The translations under genes were made by a program, and so were the position numbers. From Fimbriimonadia bacterium (GTDB taxonomy: Bacteria > Armatimonadota > Fimbriimonadia > Fimbriimonadales > JABRVX01): a stretch of DNA of 64,000 nt. How positions within the stretch are numbered: the stretch's first letter is position 1; each line of letters starts with the position of its first letter. The notes under the pieces were generated by a model, which was not told the origin of the DNA, searched no databases, and saw nothing but the letters and a program-made list of their open reading frames with translations. The DNA is taken from NCBI GenBank assembly GCA_041483895.1, contig JBGPGO010000002.1, positions 160,001 to 224,000 of the forward strand. Reading direction: 5' to 3'. Positions 47,178 to 57,575 of this stretch are shown here, one piece after another.

Positions 47178-48548
47178 TTACAGCTTCGCCAATTCGTCCA
47201 TCAGAATCTCGATGTCTCCTGGCGACGTGTGGTAGCTGGTGATGCAGGCGCGCAAAGACGGCCGGCCGTTCGACAGCACGGGGTCTGATATCCACACGCG
47301 GCCCCGACCGACGATCTCCTCACATGCCTGGTGGGTCCGCTCCCGGTCGCCATTCCAGGATGGGTGGGTGAAGTTGACGACGGGCAGCGGCGTGTCGTTG
47401 AGTATTGTCCAGCCAGCGTCTGTGAGCCTTTGTCGCAATAGTTCGCCCATCGCCGTCTGATGCTCAATCATTGTTGCATAGCCCTCCAGCCCGATCGTGG
47501 CAAGGGAGAGAAACACCTTGAGTCCTGTAAAACGGCGCGACCATTGGAGAGTGGTGCTATACGGATCGAAGGCGTCGTCGGTTGAGAGGGGCATGTAGTC
47601 AGTGTTTATTTTGAAGGTTTTTAGCACCGGCTGCCGGTGGCGGCAGAAGAACATTCCGGCGCCCATTGGCACGGACAGCCATTTATGCGCGTCCCAGGTG
47701 ATGGAGTCGGCCAGCTCGATTCCGGCGAGGGAGGGACGCAACGAATTACTCAGGATCGCGCCGCCGCCCCATGCCGCGTCAACGTGGAACCACAGCCCTT
47801 CTTCCCGGCAAACGGCCGCGATGCCGGGCAGCGGATCGATGACACCGGCGGTCGTCGTCCCGGCGGTGGCCGCGACAGAGAACGGGATTTTCCCCGCCGC
47901 CCTGTCATCTCGAATGCTGGAAACAAGCGCATCCACATCCATTTTCAACCCGGCATCTGTTGGAACGATTTGGATCGACCGGCGGCCGATTCCGGCGCAG
48001 TGGGCTGCCTTGCCGAAGGAACCGTGCGCGTCGGCTGAGACATACATCGTAGGTTGACCGGTCACGCCATCGGACCCGAATTGCGGAAAATTGTGGGTGA
48101 GGGCGACGAGGACGGCGGTGAGGTTGGCCTCCGCGCCGCCGGAAGTGAAATTGGCAAAGCCGGTTTCGGGGTCCAGCCCAAAGCGCTTCATGAAGAAATC
48201 GAGGACGTGGCGTTCGATTTCAATGGCCGCCGGGGCGTGGGACCAGACTGCCATTTGGGGATTGTAGAGGGCAACGAGGGCGTCCGCGACGACAGAGATG
48301 GGCGTCACGCTGGGGTTGAAGTTGCCGAGATAGCGGGGATGGGTTACGTGCAGGTTCCAGCGTCGCATCATGTCGGCCACGTCAGTGAGCGTGTCACTTG
48401 CCGGCACGGGAGTGCGGAAATCGTACCGGGCGGCAAGATGGGTGCGAATCTCTTCGGGGAATACCTTCGGGGTTACCGGCAGGTCGCCGATTTCGCTCTG
48501 GAACCGAGCGATCTCTTCCGTCAGCCAATGTAAGGTGTCGTCGTGCAT
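47178..48548 (-). CDS. PLP-dependent group II amino acid decarboxylase
   Basis: HPRY, SGGAEANL, HVDAAWGG, DAHKW, QWSRR. Confidence 0.92.
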   Translation of the reverse strand: MHDDTLHWLTEEIARFQSEIGDLPVTPKVFPEEIRTHLAARYDFRTPVPASDTLTDVADMMRRWNLHVTHPRYLGNFNPSVTPISVVADALVALYNPQMAVWSHAPAAIEIERHVLDFFMKRFGLDPETGFANFTSGGAEANLTAVLVALTHNFPQFGSDGVTGQPTMYVSADAHGSFGKAAHCAGIGRRSIQIVPTDAGLKMDVDALVSSIRDDRAAGKIPFSVAATAGTTTAGVIDPLPGIAAVCREEGLWFHVDAAWGGGAILSNSLRPSLAGIELADSITWDAHKWLSVPMGAGMFFCRHRQPVLKTFKINTDYMPLSTDDAFDPYSTTLQWSRRFTGLKVFLSLATIGLEGYATMIEHQTAMGELLRQRLTDAGWTILNDTPLPVVNFTHPSWNGDRERTHQACEEIVGRGRVWISDPVLSNGRPSLRACITSYHTSPGDIEILMDELAKL

Positions 48549-48600
48549 GCCCGTCAGGATACTTCTCCGCCTGTGTCCTTCGCCACCGATTTTCGGACGG

Positions 48601-50049
48601 CTAATCTTGAGGTGAGTGGTCGGGCAGGGTTCCTTTGTGCGAAAAGACCGCACGCCAGCGCTTCAGCCAGCTCAAAAAGTCCTGACGGCCGTCATCGACT
48701 CCATGTTCCTCTTGGAATTTGATTCGAGCGTCAAAATACTTCAAACACTCATCATCATGGCCGAATCCAGCCAGCATCCTCGCCGCCGAACATGCAAACT
48801 GGTCTTTCCCCAATCGAAAATCTACATCGCCTTTTTCTGGATCAAGTTCCAAGAGTCGCTTGAGAACGACGTCTCGAATGCGATCATTTGCAACTGTCGC
48901 TAATGCGCTGACCAAGTAACTCTGAACCTCGGGAATGACACCTTCTCCAGGGGGTGGATGTCGAAAATCGATGTTCGGGTAGGCATCCGCAAATACTTCT
49001 TTGGCCCGGTTGGACTGCATGATTCCGTTTCTATCCTCCGCTGTCAGTTCCTTTTGGTGAGTTCCTGCACGAAAGATTTCGTCGGTTTCAGCAGATTCGA
49101 TCCTCCGCGCGAATTCCGCCGGTAAGCACGAAGCCAGCATCCTATCGTCATGTTGAAACTTCATTATTGCGGCCTTGCGATCGGATTCGTTAACCATTTG
49201 TAAAATGCGCTCTACTGTCTCAGAGAGTCGCATTTCGTAAGCGTAGGGATACAGCTTTCTTTGCAGTAAATGGACAAGGAATCCAGTTGAACGTTCGGGA
49301 TAGTAATACAGGAGGCGCTCCGCCGCCATTGGGTGCCTTCCTATGTCACCGGTGGTCAAGTCGTCCATCAGGCTGTGAAAATGCTCGTCCTTCGTCAACC
49401 CGCCCCAATCCTTACGTACCGCCTCAGCAAGCTTATGATTTTGCGTCGGTGAGTTGATGGCGGGTGGCAGAATCGCGCCACCGAGCGGACCAATGTGAGC
49501 GTGCGGGATTGACTCCAATCCCCGATTGACAATCTGGCCGATGGCAACGTAACATAGGTCGCCCACTGTGACGGTATACGGATGTTCATTCGGACTGCGA
49601 TGGGAATTCATGTCAACTTGATTAAGTCCCTGCGGCTGCCGTGCAGGGTCCGAGTAGCGAGGATCATACCGGTCGGAGAAGTATCCCCCCGTGTGTAGCT
49701 GCGTGAGGCGGTGGTCAACCAAGTGGTCCATCAGCTCCGGCAGTGAATCCACGCCACGGGCGATCAATGCCTTGAGCGCGTCCGGTACAGGCTGCAGGTC
49801 TTTGCCATTATCGTCAAGGAAGTCGCTTTGTTCATTGGCTGGCAAGAACCCTCGCCCCTCCGTCATGTAGTATGCGTCCGTGAACTCGCCCTGGATTTCC
49901 CGTAAGGAATCGATGAGTTGTTTAACCGATTTTGACTTTAGCGGAGGGGGAGGCAGGGATGAAGATGTGGTCGCTTGCTCTTTGCGTGATTGGAGAGCGA
50001 CTCCTGCGACAAGAATGACTACTGCAGCCAAAAGCAGCCAGTATTTCAT
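48601..50049 (-). CDS. Hypothetical exported protein
   Basis: 482-aa ORF with N-terminal signal/anchor, AT-richer than neighbours. Confidence 0.75.
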   Translation of the reverse strand: MKYWLLLAAVVILVAGVALQSRKEQATTSSSLPPPPLKSKSVKQLIDSLREIQGEFTDAYYMTEGRGFLPANEQSDFLDDNGKDLQPVPDALKALIARGVDSLPELMDHLVDHRLTQLHTGGYFSDRYDPRYSDPARQPQGLNQVDMNSHRSPNEHPYTVTVGDLCYVAIGQIVNRGLESIPHAHIGPLGGAILPPAINSPTQNHKLAEAVRKDWGGLTKDEHFHSLMDDLTTGDIGRHPMAAERLLYYYPERSTGFLVHLLQRKLYPYAYEMRLSETVERILQMVNESDRKAAIMKFQHDDRMLASCLPAEFARRIESAETDEIFRAGTHQKELTAEDRNGIMQSNRAKEVFADAYPNIDFRHPPPGEGVIPEVQSYLVSALATVANDRIRDVVLKRLLELDPEKGDVDFRLGKDQFACSAARMLAGFGHDDECLKYFDARIKFQEEHGVDDGRQDFLSWLKRWRAVFSHKGTLPDHSPQD

Positions 50050-50138
50050 GGCACCGCCCTTTCCCTCTACCTGATAAGTACGGTTGAGAAGCGCGGAGGG
50101 TTCGATTCTCTTCCGGGCGGACGTTTCGGAAGCCAGCG

Positions 50139-51200
50139 CTACGTGTCGTCGGCGGCGAGAAGGCGGGCTTGTTCGTCGGCGATGAGCGCGTCCGCGAAAA
50201 CCTGAATATCACCGTCCAAGATGCCGGAAAGGTTGTTGATATCCAGCTTGATCCGATGGTCCGTGACGCGATTCTGCGGCCAGTTATAAGTTCGTATCTT
50301 CTCGCTGCGGTCCCCGCTTCGGACCGCCGTCTTTCGAGCGGCCGCGGTTTCCGCCAATTGCGCGTGCAGTTCTCGCTCATAAAGCTTGGCCCGCAGCACT
50401 TTCATAGCCTTGTACTTGTTTTGCGCCTGGGACCGTTCGTCTTGGCACTGGACGACGATGCCGGTCGGCCGGTGGACCACACGGATGGCGGTCTCGTTCT
50501 TCTGCATGTGCTGGCCGCCGGCGCTGCTGGCCCGAAAGCTTTCCCAGTCCAGATCGTCCGGATTGATGTTAATATCCACCTCTTCTGCTTCCGGCAGGAC
50601 GACGACGCTGGCCGCGCTGGTGTGCAGGCGACCGCTGCTCTCCGTGGCGGGAACACGCTGCACTCGGTGGACGCCCATTTCGTGCTTGAGCTGGCTGTAT
50701 GCGCCCTTCCCCTCGATGCCGAGCGTGATCTGGCTGGCGCCCCCCATTGCCGACTCCTCGAATTCAATCAGCTCCCATTTCCAGCCGTTTCGCTCCGCGT
50801 ACCGCGAATACATCTTGAACAGGTTGGCGGCAAAGAGGGCCGCCTCCTCCCCGCCCACGCCGGCCCGTATCTCGATAACCACGTTCTTGTCGTCGTTCGG
50901 GTCTTTCGGCAAAAGCATGGCCCGCAGCTTGCCCTCCAGCTCCTCCATCTTCTCCCGCTGGGAGCCGATCTCTTCCTCGGCCATCGGGCGCATTTCCGGG
51001 TCATCGAGGAGGGATTTGGCCTCATTGAGCTGTTCTGTGGCGGATCGATAGTCGCGGAAAACCGTCACGACCGGTTCCAATTCCGCGCGCAGCTTTCCCA
51101 GACGCTGCATCTCCTTTGGGTTGGAACCGATCGATGGGTCGGAAAGGAGCCGCTCAGTCTCCTCAAACCGTTCCTCTACCTGTTTCAGCTTGTCAAGCAC
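50139..51200 (-). CDS. prfA: Peptide chain release factor 1
   Basis: GGEEAALFA, VHRVQRVPAT (PxT), GGQ, RSEKIRTYN. Confidence 0.98.
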   Translation of the reverse strand: MLDKLKQVEERFEETERLLSDPSIGSNPKEMQRLGKLRAELEPVVTVFRDYRSATEQLNEAKSLLDDPEMRPMAEEEIGSQREKMEELEGKLRAMLLPKDPNDDKNVVIEIRAGVGGEEAALFAANLFKMYSRYAERNGWKWELIEFEESAMGGASQITLGIEGKGAYSQLKHEMGVHRVQRVPATESSGRLHTSAASVVVLPEAEEVDININPDDLDWESFRASSAGGQHMQKNETAIRVVHRPTGIVVQCQDERSQAQNKYKAMKVLRAKLYERELHAQLAETAAARKTAVRSGDRSEKIRTYNWPQNRVTDHRIKLDINNLSGILDGDIQVFADALIADEQARLLAADDT

Positions 51201-51300
51201 AGCCGCTCAGGATACCCGGCGAAGCGATTGAGAGAAAAGAGGAACCTTGGCCGAGAATTGTGAGTATGATCATGAGAATTCTGACCGGAGGAGTAAGCCC

Positions 51301-52095
51301 ATGTCCGCTGTAATCCTATCCGCACTCATTCTATTTGGAGCTTCCGATGATGCCCACAAACTAGTGCACAAGTTCAAAGAGGGCGATGTGATGAAGTATT
51401 CCATCGTCCGCGAGTCGGCTGATTCCGGCGCGATGATGCCAGGCGCGGGTGGGACTTGGAACGTAGAAGTGAAGGTGGAATCGGTCAAAGACGGCGACGT
51501 CGTACTGAGTGCCAAGAAGACGGTTGAGAAGCTCGATATGGAAGATCAGCCCATGATCAACGAACAGATGCTGAAGCGGATGAAGGCCGCTTCGCAGGCG
51601 ACCATTACGCTCAAGAAGGACGGCGCCGTGGATGTTAAGTCTCCGTCCGGGCTGACCGTAATGGGTGATTTCGGTCAGTGGTACCGCGATTTTCTCTTGG
51701 CCAAATTTCCGGAAGGCAACATAAATATTGGCGACACCTGGGAAGAAAAGTTCAAGCGGCCCGCAGTCGCCAACATCAAGAACCCGAAAGACGAGGTCGT
51801 CACGTACAAGTTGGAGGGGATGGAGACGATCGACGGCGTCATTTGTTACCGAATCTCGGCGGCCTCCACTTCCGATCAGGACGTGACGGGCAAGGCGGCA
51901 CTACAGGAGGGCGAAAAGGGGACGGAGGTCAACTTTTCGATCCATCGATCGTTTAAATATGTGATGTTCTTGGCGTCCGATACTGGCACGCTGATCAAGA
52001 AGTCCGGCACGGAAGAGATGCAGGTGCGGGGCGAGAACATGCCGGAAATCCCGCCGATGACAACGAACCTGACGGTGAAATTGGCAAAGAGATAG
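51301..52095 (+). CDS. Secreted hypothetical protein (DUF6263-like beta-rich)
   Basis: GGAGG SD, signal-like start, KFKEGD..KY and FPE..I.IGDTW motifs. Confidence 0.75.
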   Translation: MSAVILSALILFGASDDAHKLVHKFKEGDVMKYSIVRESADSGAMMPGAGGTWNVEVKVESVKDGDVVLSAKKTVEKLDMEDQPMINEQMLKRMKAASQATITLKKDGAVDVKSPSGLTVMGDFGQWYRDFLLAKFPEGNINIGDTWEEKFKRPAVANIKNPKDEVVTYKLEGMETIDGVICYRISAASTSDQDVTGKAALQEGEKGTEVNFSIHRSFKYVMFLASDTGTLIKKSGTEEMQVRGENMPEIPPMTTNLTVKLAKR

Positions 52096-52100
52096 GTTAT

Positions 52101-52160
52101 CGTCAGAGTCTTTGTTGTCGGTGGTTTGAGGAGGGTTCGCTGGCCATGAACCCTGGCACA
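52101..52160. repeat. Diverged intergenic copy of the moaE palindromic element
   Basis: About two-thirds identity to 35199-35258 by manual alignment; terminal stem kept by compensatory/wobble pairs. Confidence 0.6.
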
Positions 52161-52210
52161 TTTCCCCCGTAGGTGCAACACCGCGAAAATCAGTGTTATC
52201 ATAGACAGTA

Positions 52211-53878
52211 ATGATCGCGAAACCGTCGATAGCTCTCTTAGTGGCGGCGCTCTCCGGGTCGGCGTGGTGCTCGGGGTTATCTCTCGCCTCCGTCTCCACG
52301 GAAAACATCCAAGGCGCCGGGCTTTCCGGTACGCCCGCGATCAGCGCTGACGGCCGTTTTGTCGCGTTCGTAAGTTCGGCGGCAAATCTTGTTCCCAACG
52401 ATACGAACGGAAAAGCGGACGTCTTTGTGCGAGACCTTTTGTTGGGGACGACGGAGATTGTCAGCATCAGCACGGATGGCACTCAGGGGAACGACGACGC
52501 ATCCTATCCGGCGATCAGCGCGGATGGGCGGATTGTCGCGTTCACCAGTCGAGCGAACAACCTGGTACCCAACGATACCAACGGTTGGTGGGACATCTTC
52601 GTACGCGATCGGCAGACCGGGATCACGGAGCGGGTCAGCGTAAGCTCGACCGGGGAGCAGGCGAATCACTTCAGCTTCCAGCCGTCCCTGTCCGCCGACG
52701 GGAATCTGGTCTGTTTCGTTAGCCCGGCTTCCAACCTTGTTACAGGCGACACCAATGGAGTAAAGGATATATTCGTACGAGATCGGCAATTGGGGACCAC
52801 CGAGCGAGTTTCCGTTTCGTCTTCCGGCGAGGAGGCCGATCGGCAGACCACCATCGGAGTGATCAGCGCGGATGGCTCGTGCGTCGCGATGGTCAGCTAT
52901 GCCACGAATCTGGCTCCGGGCGATACGGGGCTCTATTCCGATCTGTTCTTGCACGACCGCGGTACGGGGGAGACGATCGAGTTGACGGCAGGCGGCGACG
53001 GGCCCACATTCGATTGTTCGATCAGCGCGTCGGGCCGATTCGTCGCCTTCGTGAGCGATGCCTCGAATCTTGTGCCAAACGATACCAATGGCGTGAAGGA
53101 CGTGTTTGTTTACGACGCAGCGACGGGTATGACCGACCGAATTTCCGTATCGACCGACGGAGCGGAGTTGAACGGGGATTCGACATCGGGGACCCTGTCG
53201 GCTGATGGCCGGTTCGTTGGATTTTGGAGCGGGTCCACGAATGCCGTCCCAGGCGATATCAATGGCCACCTGGACTGCTTTGTGCGCGACCGGATGCTGG
53301 GTACCACAACATGCGTCAGTGCGGGTGGGAATGCGGACAGCTACGAACCGGTCTTTTCCGCCGACGGTTCCCGTTTGGCGTTCCAGAGTCTTGCCTCCAA
53401 CCTCGTGGCGGGCGATACGAACGGTGATTGGGACGTGTTCGTCATGCAACTGCCGACCGCCACGGTCAGTGGTTCGGTTGATTTTGGCGTTGCCAATCCG
53501 CCGACCTCGGTGAACATGCGCCTCTCTTGGTCCGGCTGGGATGAGCCGTTTATGGTAGCGCCCACCGCGTTGAATGGTCAAGGGGAATTCACGATTGCAA
53601 CTCCGAGCGGCCCTCTAGACCTCTCGATCAAGCCCAATCATTGGCTGCGAAGGACACTGGCAGCCGACACGACTTCCGGTAATGCGAGCGGGCTTTTCTT
53701 CGAATTGGCCAATGGCGACGCGGAGGAGGACAACGCGATCGACCTGCTGGACCTGAACCGTATACTGACGGAGTTTGGCAGTGTTGACAATGAGGCGGAC
53801 CTGGACGGATCGGGCCAGATCGATCTTCCCGATCTCAACATCGTATTTCTCAACTTTGGGATGGCTGGGGATTCGTAG
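52211..53878 (+). CDS. Secreted TolB-like (PD40) beta-propeller protein with dockerin-like tail
   Basis: Six or more ISADGRFVAF...NLVPNDTNG..DVFVRD repeats; NGDAEEDNAIDLLDL...DLDGSGQIDLPDL. Confidence 0.9.
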   Translation: MIAKPSIALLVAALSGSAWCSGLSLASVSTENIQGAGLSGTPAISADGRFVAFVSSAANLVPNDTNGKADVFVRDLLLGTTEIVSISTDGTQGNDDASYPAISADGRIVAFTSRANNLVPNDTNGWWDIFVRDRQTGITERVSVSSTGEQANHFSFQPSLSADGNLVCFVSPASNLVTGDTNGVKDIFVRDRQLGTTERVSVSSSGEEADRQTTIGVISADGSCVAMVSYATNLAPGDTGLYSDLFLHDRGTGETIELTAGGDGPTFDCSISASGRFVAFVSDASNLVPNDTNGVKDVFVYDAATGMTDRISVSTDGAELNGDSTSGTLSADGRFVGFWSGSTNAVPGDINGHLDCFVRDRMLGTTTCVSAGGNADSYEPVFSADGSRLAFQSLASNLVAGDTNGDWDVFVMQLPTATVSGSVDFGVANPPTSVNMRLSWSGWDEPFMVAPTALNGQGEFTIATPSGPLDLSIKPNHWLRRTLAADTTSGNASGLFFELANGDAEEDNAIDLLDLNRILTEFGSVDNEADLDGSGQIDLPDLNIVFLNFGMAGDS

Positions 53879-53880
53879 TT

Positions 53881-54966
53881 CTACCAGCGCAATCGGAACC
53901 GCACATACACCGGACCGACCTCGTTTCGCATCACCATATCCGCCAACGCCTTGCCGGTCAGCGGGCCGAATTTGAATCCGTGGCCGGAGCAGGCGGAGGC
54001 GAACACCGCGCCAGGGAGTCCGGGCACGCGATCGATCAGGAAGTCATCGTCCGGCGTGTTTGTGTAGAGACAGCGTTTTGATTCGATCAGGGTCGTGTCT
54101 AACTCCGGCAGGCGATTGCGAAGATATTCCAGGATGCGGTCCCAGGCGTTAGAAGTTAGGTCGTTAGGAATTGACGACGGATCGACCTCCGGACCATGAA
54201 AGTGTTGCCCGACTTTCACACCAGGCGCGCCGTCGTGGGACGGAAAACCATACATGAAAGTCTCGGCGTCGATCCAGACGGGCAGGGAATCCGTATCAGG
54301 ACCCGATGGGACGAAGAACGCCTCCTGCAATGTGACCGTAAGCGGTGCTTCTGGCACGAAGCGCTTGGTCCATGGACCGGCAGTGATCACGGCGGCATCG
54401 AAGGGCTGTGTGCCATCCGTTGTCGTTACAAGGACCTGCGCGTCGCCGCGCGCCACCAGAGCGACCGGGCAGTTCTCTCGCAGCTCCGCCCCATGCAGCG
54501 CCGCCGAATCGGCAAACGCGCGGACGCACCGGGAGGCGAGGAGAATACCGGTGTCCTCTTGATAGATGACAATCTCATGTGATTGGAACCGGAAGGACGG
54601 AAATCGCTCCATAGCGGCGCCGGCGTCCAGCTTTTCATATGGCAGGTTTTCCGAATCGAGCGCGGCGAGGATGGCAAGGATGTCCGGATGGTCGGCGGGA
54701 CCGAAATAGATGCCGCCGGTCGAAATCCGCAACGTCTCGCCGCACTCCTCCTCCAACTCGTCCCACAGCCGGTAGGCCTCGTTCATCAAATGTGTGTAGT
54801 CGGCGTCCGGATAGGTGCGCCGGATGATGCGGGAGGGGCCGAAGGAGCTACCTCGATCGTGATCGATGGTGAACTGCTCGAAGACCGTGACGCTTTGGCC
54901 CGTTCGCGCCAAACACCGCGCCGCCGCGCACCCCGCCAATCCCCCGCCGATGACCGCAACTCTCAC
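53881..54966 (-). CDS. solA: N-methyl-L-tryptophan oxidase / monomeric sarcosine oxidase
   Basis: GGGLAG, GSSFGPSRIIR, CLYTNTPD, SGHGFKFGP. Confidence 0.85.
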   Translation of the reverse strand: MRVAVIGGGLAGCAAARCLARTGQSVTVFEQFTIDHDRGSSFGPSRIIRRTYPDADYTHLMNEAYRLWDELEEECGETLRISTGGIYFGPADHPDILAILAALDSENLPYEKLDAGAAMERFPSFRFQSHEIVIYQEDTGILLASRCVRAFADSAALHGAELRENCPVALVARGDAQVLVTTTDGTQPFDAAVITAGPWTKRFVPEAPLTVTLQEAFFVPSGPDTDSLPVWIDAETFMYGFPSHDGAPGVKVGQHFHGPEVDPSSIPNDLTSNAWDRILEYLRNRLPELDTTLIESKRCLYTNTPDDDFLIDRVPGLPGAVFASACSGHGFKFGPLTGKALADMVMRNEVGPVYVRFRLRW

Positions 54967-54969
54967 ACT

Positions 54970-56442
54970 CTATTGTAGCTTCACGATCTTTGCCTCAGCG
55001 CAGGGGACACCGCTATTGTCCAGAACCCACAGCATGTAATATCCCGGTGGAGCGTACTTTGCATTCGCCGGTGGCGTAACGTGGACAGTTCCTGTTGGCG
55101 GGATCGGCAAAGTGTACAAGAGCTGGAGATATCGTTGATCTTGATCGAACCCATGTGTGACGCTTCCAAGACGGATGAGAGAAACTTTGTTAACGCTTTT
55201 GCCGGAGGGAACCGACACGGTTATGTCAAACGAGGTCGAATAGGAAATTGTTGACGGGGCGGACGTAATCGCTATGCGCGAAGGGCTTCCGTCCAAATAG
55301 GGCGGCGAGAAGATCTGCATGGACGCGTAAAAGTTTCCTCCAGCGACTAGTACCCGCGCGTCCGGAAGGAGCAGGGCGGTCGAGTGATACCTGCGCGGTG
55401 CGGTCATCGGCGCGTGCTCGACCCAAGCAGGCGACTGTGCACTGGGATCAAGAATCTCAGGGGTCAACACGGGGGCCACGTAGTTGTCGCCAGGCACGTT
55501 GCGTCCGTCGTCCCCCCACTTATTCCCGCCGACGCAAAGAATCTTTCCGTCCGGGAGCATAACTAAATTGTGATTCCTGCGCGCGTTGTTCAAGCTAGGT
55601 CCCCCCGTCCAAGTGTGGCTCCCCGACGCGGTCAAGTCGATCATTCGCACTGTGGCGATCCCAGGGTGCTCGCCGCCGCATCGCAATATCTTTCCCGGCT
55701 TGTACATAACGGCGGATCCACTGCCTTCGTTTGCCCCTCCTGTCGTAATCGGCGCGGACCAGACCTGATCGACCCAGTCCAAGATCATCGGATAAATCCC
55801 GGGCGATCCGCCGCGATCGGGTCCGGCGAAGAACACGCTGCCGGCGGGGAATGTCACAAGGCTAACCGTGATTTGGTCCGGAAGGACAAACATGTAGGCG
55901 TACTGTGTCAGCTTCTGGTCAGCGTCCGTCAGCTGTTCCCACATCGCGTCCTGGCTTCCGCCGTCCGGATCGAATACTTCGGGTATTTGATTGTAGATAC
56001 CCTCATCTTTGGTACCGCCCGCGACGAGAAGGCGGCCGTCCGGCAAAGTAGTGCAGGTCGGGTACCACCGCACATCGTGCATGTCATAGGCGGTTGCCGT
56101 CCACGTCCCGCCGTCATCAACCGGATCGAAAAGATCTCCAAAGACTGTGCCAACGAATGTGTCATGTTGGCCACCCGCGACAAGCAGCCGGCCGTCAGGC
56201 AGCGCGCAATGCCCAGCACAGAGCATGATGTTGTGACTATTTGGTTTGTTGGTAAAGTCGCCCGTCGCCGGATCCCAGAGCCAACAGTCTGGGGTCGACA
56301 GGTCGCTTGTGCCCACTAACTTGCCATATCCCCAAGCCAACACCTTTCCCGTGTGGAGAAGCGCCATGTGGACCGCCACCAAGATGTCAGATTCGGTGCT
56401 TCCAGATGCCGTTTGAAAAGGGTCTTCCCAAGATCCCGCCAT
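54970..56442 (-). CDS. Galactose oxidase-like copper radical oxidase (Kelch + DUF1929)
   Basis: MLCAGH, RWYPT, RRYHS, SVTHG, APPGYYML. Confidence 0.92.
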   Translation of the reverse strand: MAGSWEDPFQTASGSTESDILVAVHMALLHTGKVLAWGYGKLVGTSDLSTPDCWLWDPATGDFTNKPNSHNIMLCAGHCALPDGRLLVAGGQHDTFVGTVFGDLFDPVDDGGTWTATAYDMHDVRWYPTCTTLPDGRLLVAGGTKDEGIYNQIPEVFDPDGGSQDAMWEQLTDADQKLTQYAYMFVLPDQITVSLVTFPAGSVFFAGPDRGGSPGIYPMILDWVDQVWSAPITTGGANEGSGSAVMYKPGKILRCGGEHPGIATVRMIDLTASGSHTWTGGPSLNNARRNHNLVMLPDGKILCVGGNKWGDDGRNVPGDNYVAPVLTPEILDPSAQSPAWVEHAPMTAPRRYHSTALLLPDARVLVAGGNFYASMQIFSPPYLDGSPSRIAITSAPSTISYSTSFDITVSVPSGKSVNKVSLIRLGSVTHGFDQDQRYLQLLYTLPIPPTGTVHVTPPANAKYAPPGYYMLWVLDNSGVPCAEAKIVKLQ

Positions 56443-56445
56443 CGT

Positions 56446-57129
56446 TCACCTCCTTAGACGCCGTCGAACCGTTATCCGTGCCACGCCTGCAGCCAGTACA
56501 ACCAGTACCGCGGGTTCCGGAACGACCTCAACCGAATCCACGTACAGCGCTCCAAATCCAACGTGGTCGTTCGGACCTCCGAAATACATCCCAGCAGCAC
56601 CTACCGTATACGTCTTCATCGTTTCCCCGCTTGCTACCAACTGACCGTCGACATAGGCGCGCCCGGAAGAACCGCCGCGAGTGACCGTGAATTCGTGCAT
56701 GCCGGAATTGGGTTCCGGAAGATTGACGGTGCCAATGCCGTCGACGTACACATAGAACTGAATGTCCGTTAGGTTTTTCCGCAAATGGACGGAGGCGAGA
56801 TCGGCGTTGCCAAAATCGTCGTTATAGGTTCCCACACCAATTGTCACACTTTGTCGATCCCCCTGATCCCATCCGAATAGCGCCGTGAACCGAAAGTCGC
56901 CGTATGGTTCCACGGCGGTCCTAACAACAACCACGCTCCAGCCGGTCGGATCGCCGTCGAGCCCGTTTACTTTTAGCAGACTGTTGGCCACGACATAGTG
57001 CAACTGGCCCTGATGCCCGGCGTTGGAGATTTTCCAGTTGGACCCGAGCTTATCCCCGTCGAAGCCGTCGAAGAACGCTTGCGACATCAACGGAACGACC
57101 ACGATTGATAGAGCGACTAACCTTCTCAT
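56446..57129 (-). CDS. PEP-CTERM protein with lectin-like beta-sandwich
   Basis: GGAGG SD, signal peptide, VPEP + TM + RRRLRR. Confidence 0.88.
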   Translation of the reverse strand: MRRLVALSIVVVPLMSQAFFDGFDGDKLGSNWKISNAGHQGQLHYVVANSLLKVNGLDGDPTGWSVVVVRTAVEPYGDFRFTALFGWDQGDRQSVTIGVGTYNDDFGNADLASVHLRKNLTDIQFYVYVDGIGTVNLPEPNSGMHEFTVTRGGSSGRAYVDGQLVASGETMKTYTVGAAGMYFGGPNDHVGFGALYVDSVEVVPEPAVLVVLAAGVARITVRRRLRR

Positions 57130-57192
57130 TTTCTTCCTCCCGGTTCCAATTCAACCGCTTCGCGCAATGCAAACCCAATGAGGCACAATTAC

Positions 57193-57221
57193 ACTGTAAG
57201 CGATCCCCCCCGATTTGTCAA
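57193..57221 (-). promoter_or_regulatory. sigma70 promoter, copy 1
   Basis: TTGACA-N17-TACAGT within 41 bp identical to 58306-58346. Confidence 0.7.
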
Positions 57222-57239
57222 GGGGCAGACCGAAGATTC

Positions 57240-57569
57240 TTCGGTTGAGGCAATGTCTGTCCCGACCTGGCTGTCCTTTTGGCCGCCAACGACCAGGAGC
57301 CGACCGTCGGCTAATGCCGAGTGCCCGCCGCAGAACATGTTGTTTCGCAGGTTCGAAACCTTGACGAATGCGTCCTCCGACGGATCCCAAAGCCAGCATC
57401 CGAGCGTAGTTAGCACCTCAGGTAGCACGTCGGTGGCGGCGTGCCATTCGCCTTCGCCCCACGCCAGCACCTTCCCCGTGCGCAGCAGGGTCATGTGTAT
57501 GGCGACGAGTCGATCCGGCTTTGTGTTCCCTGCAGACCATTGAACCGGCTGTGTCCATGATCCTCCCAT
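57240..57569 (-). pseudogene. 5' fragment of a second galactose oxidase-like gene
   Basis: MGGSW...VAIHMTLLRTGKVLAWG...MFCGGH..LADGRLLVVGGQ matches the N-terminus of 54970-56442, then runs into the duplicated promoter. Confidence 0.88.
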
Positions 57570-57575
57570 TTCTCT

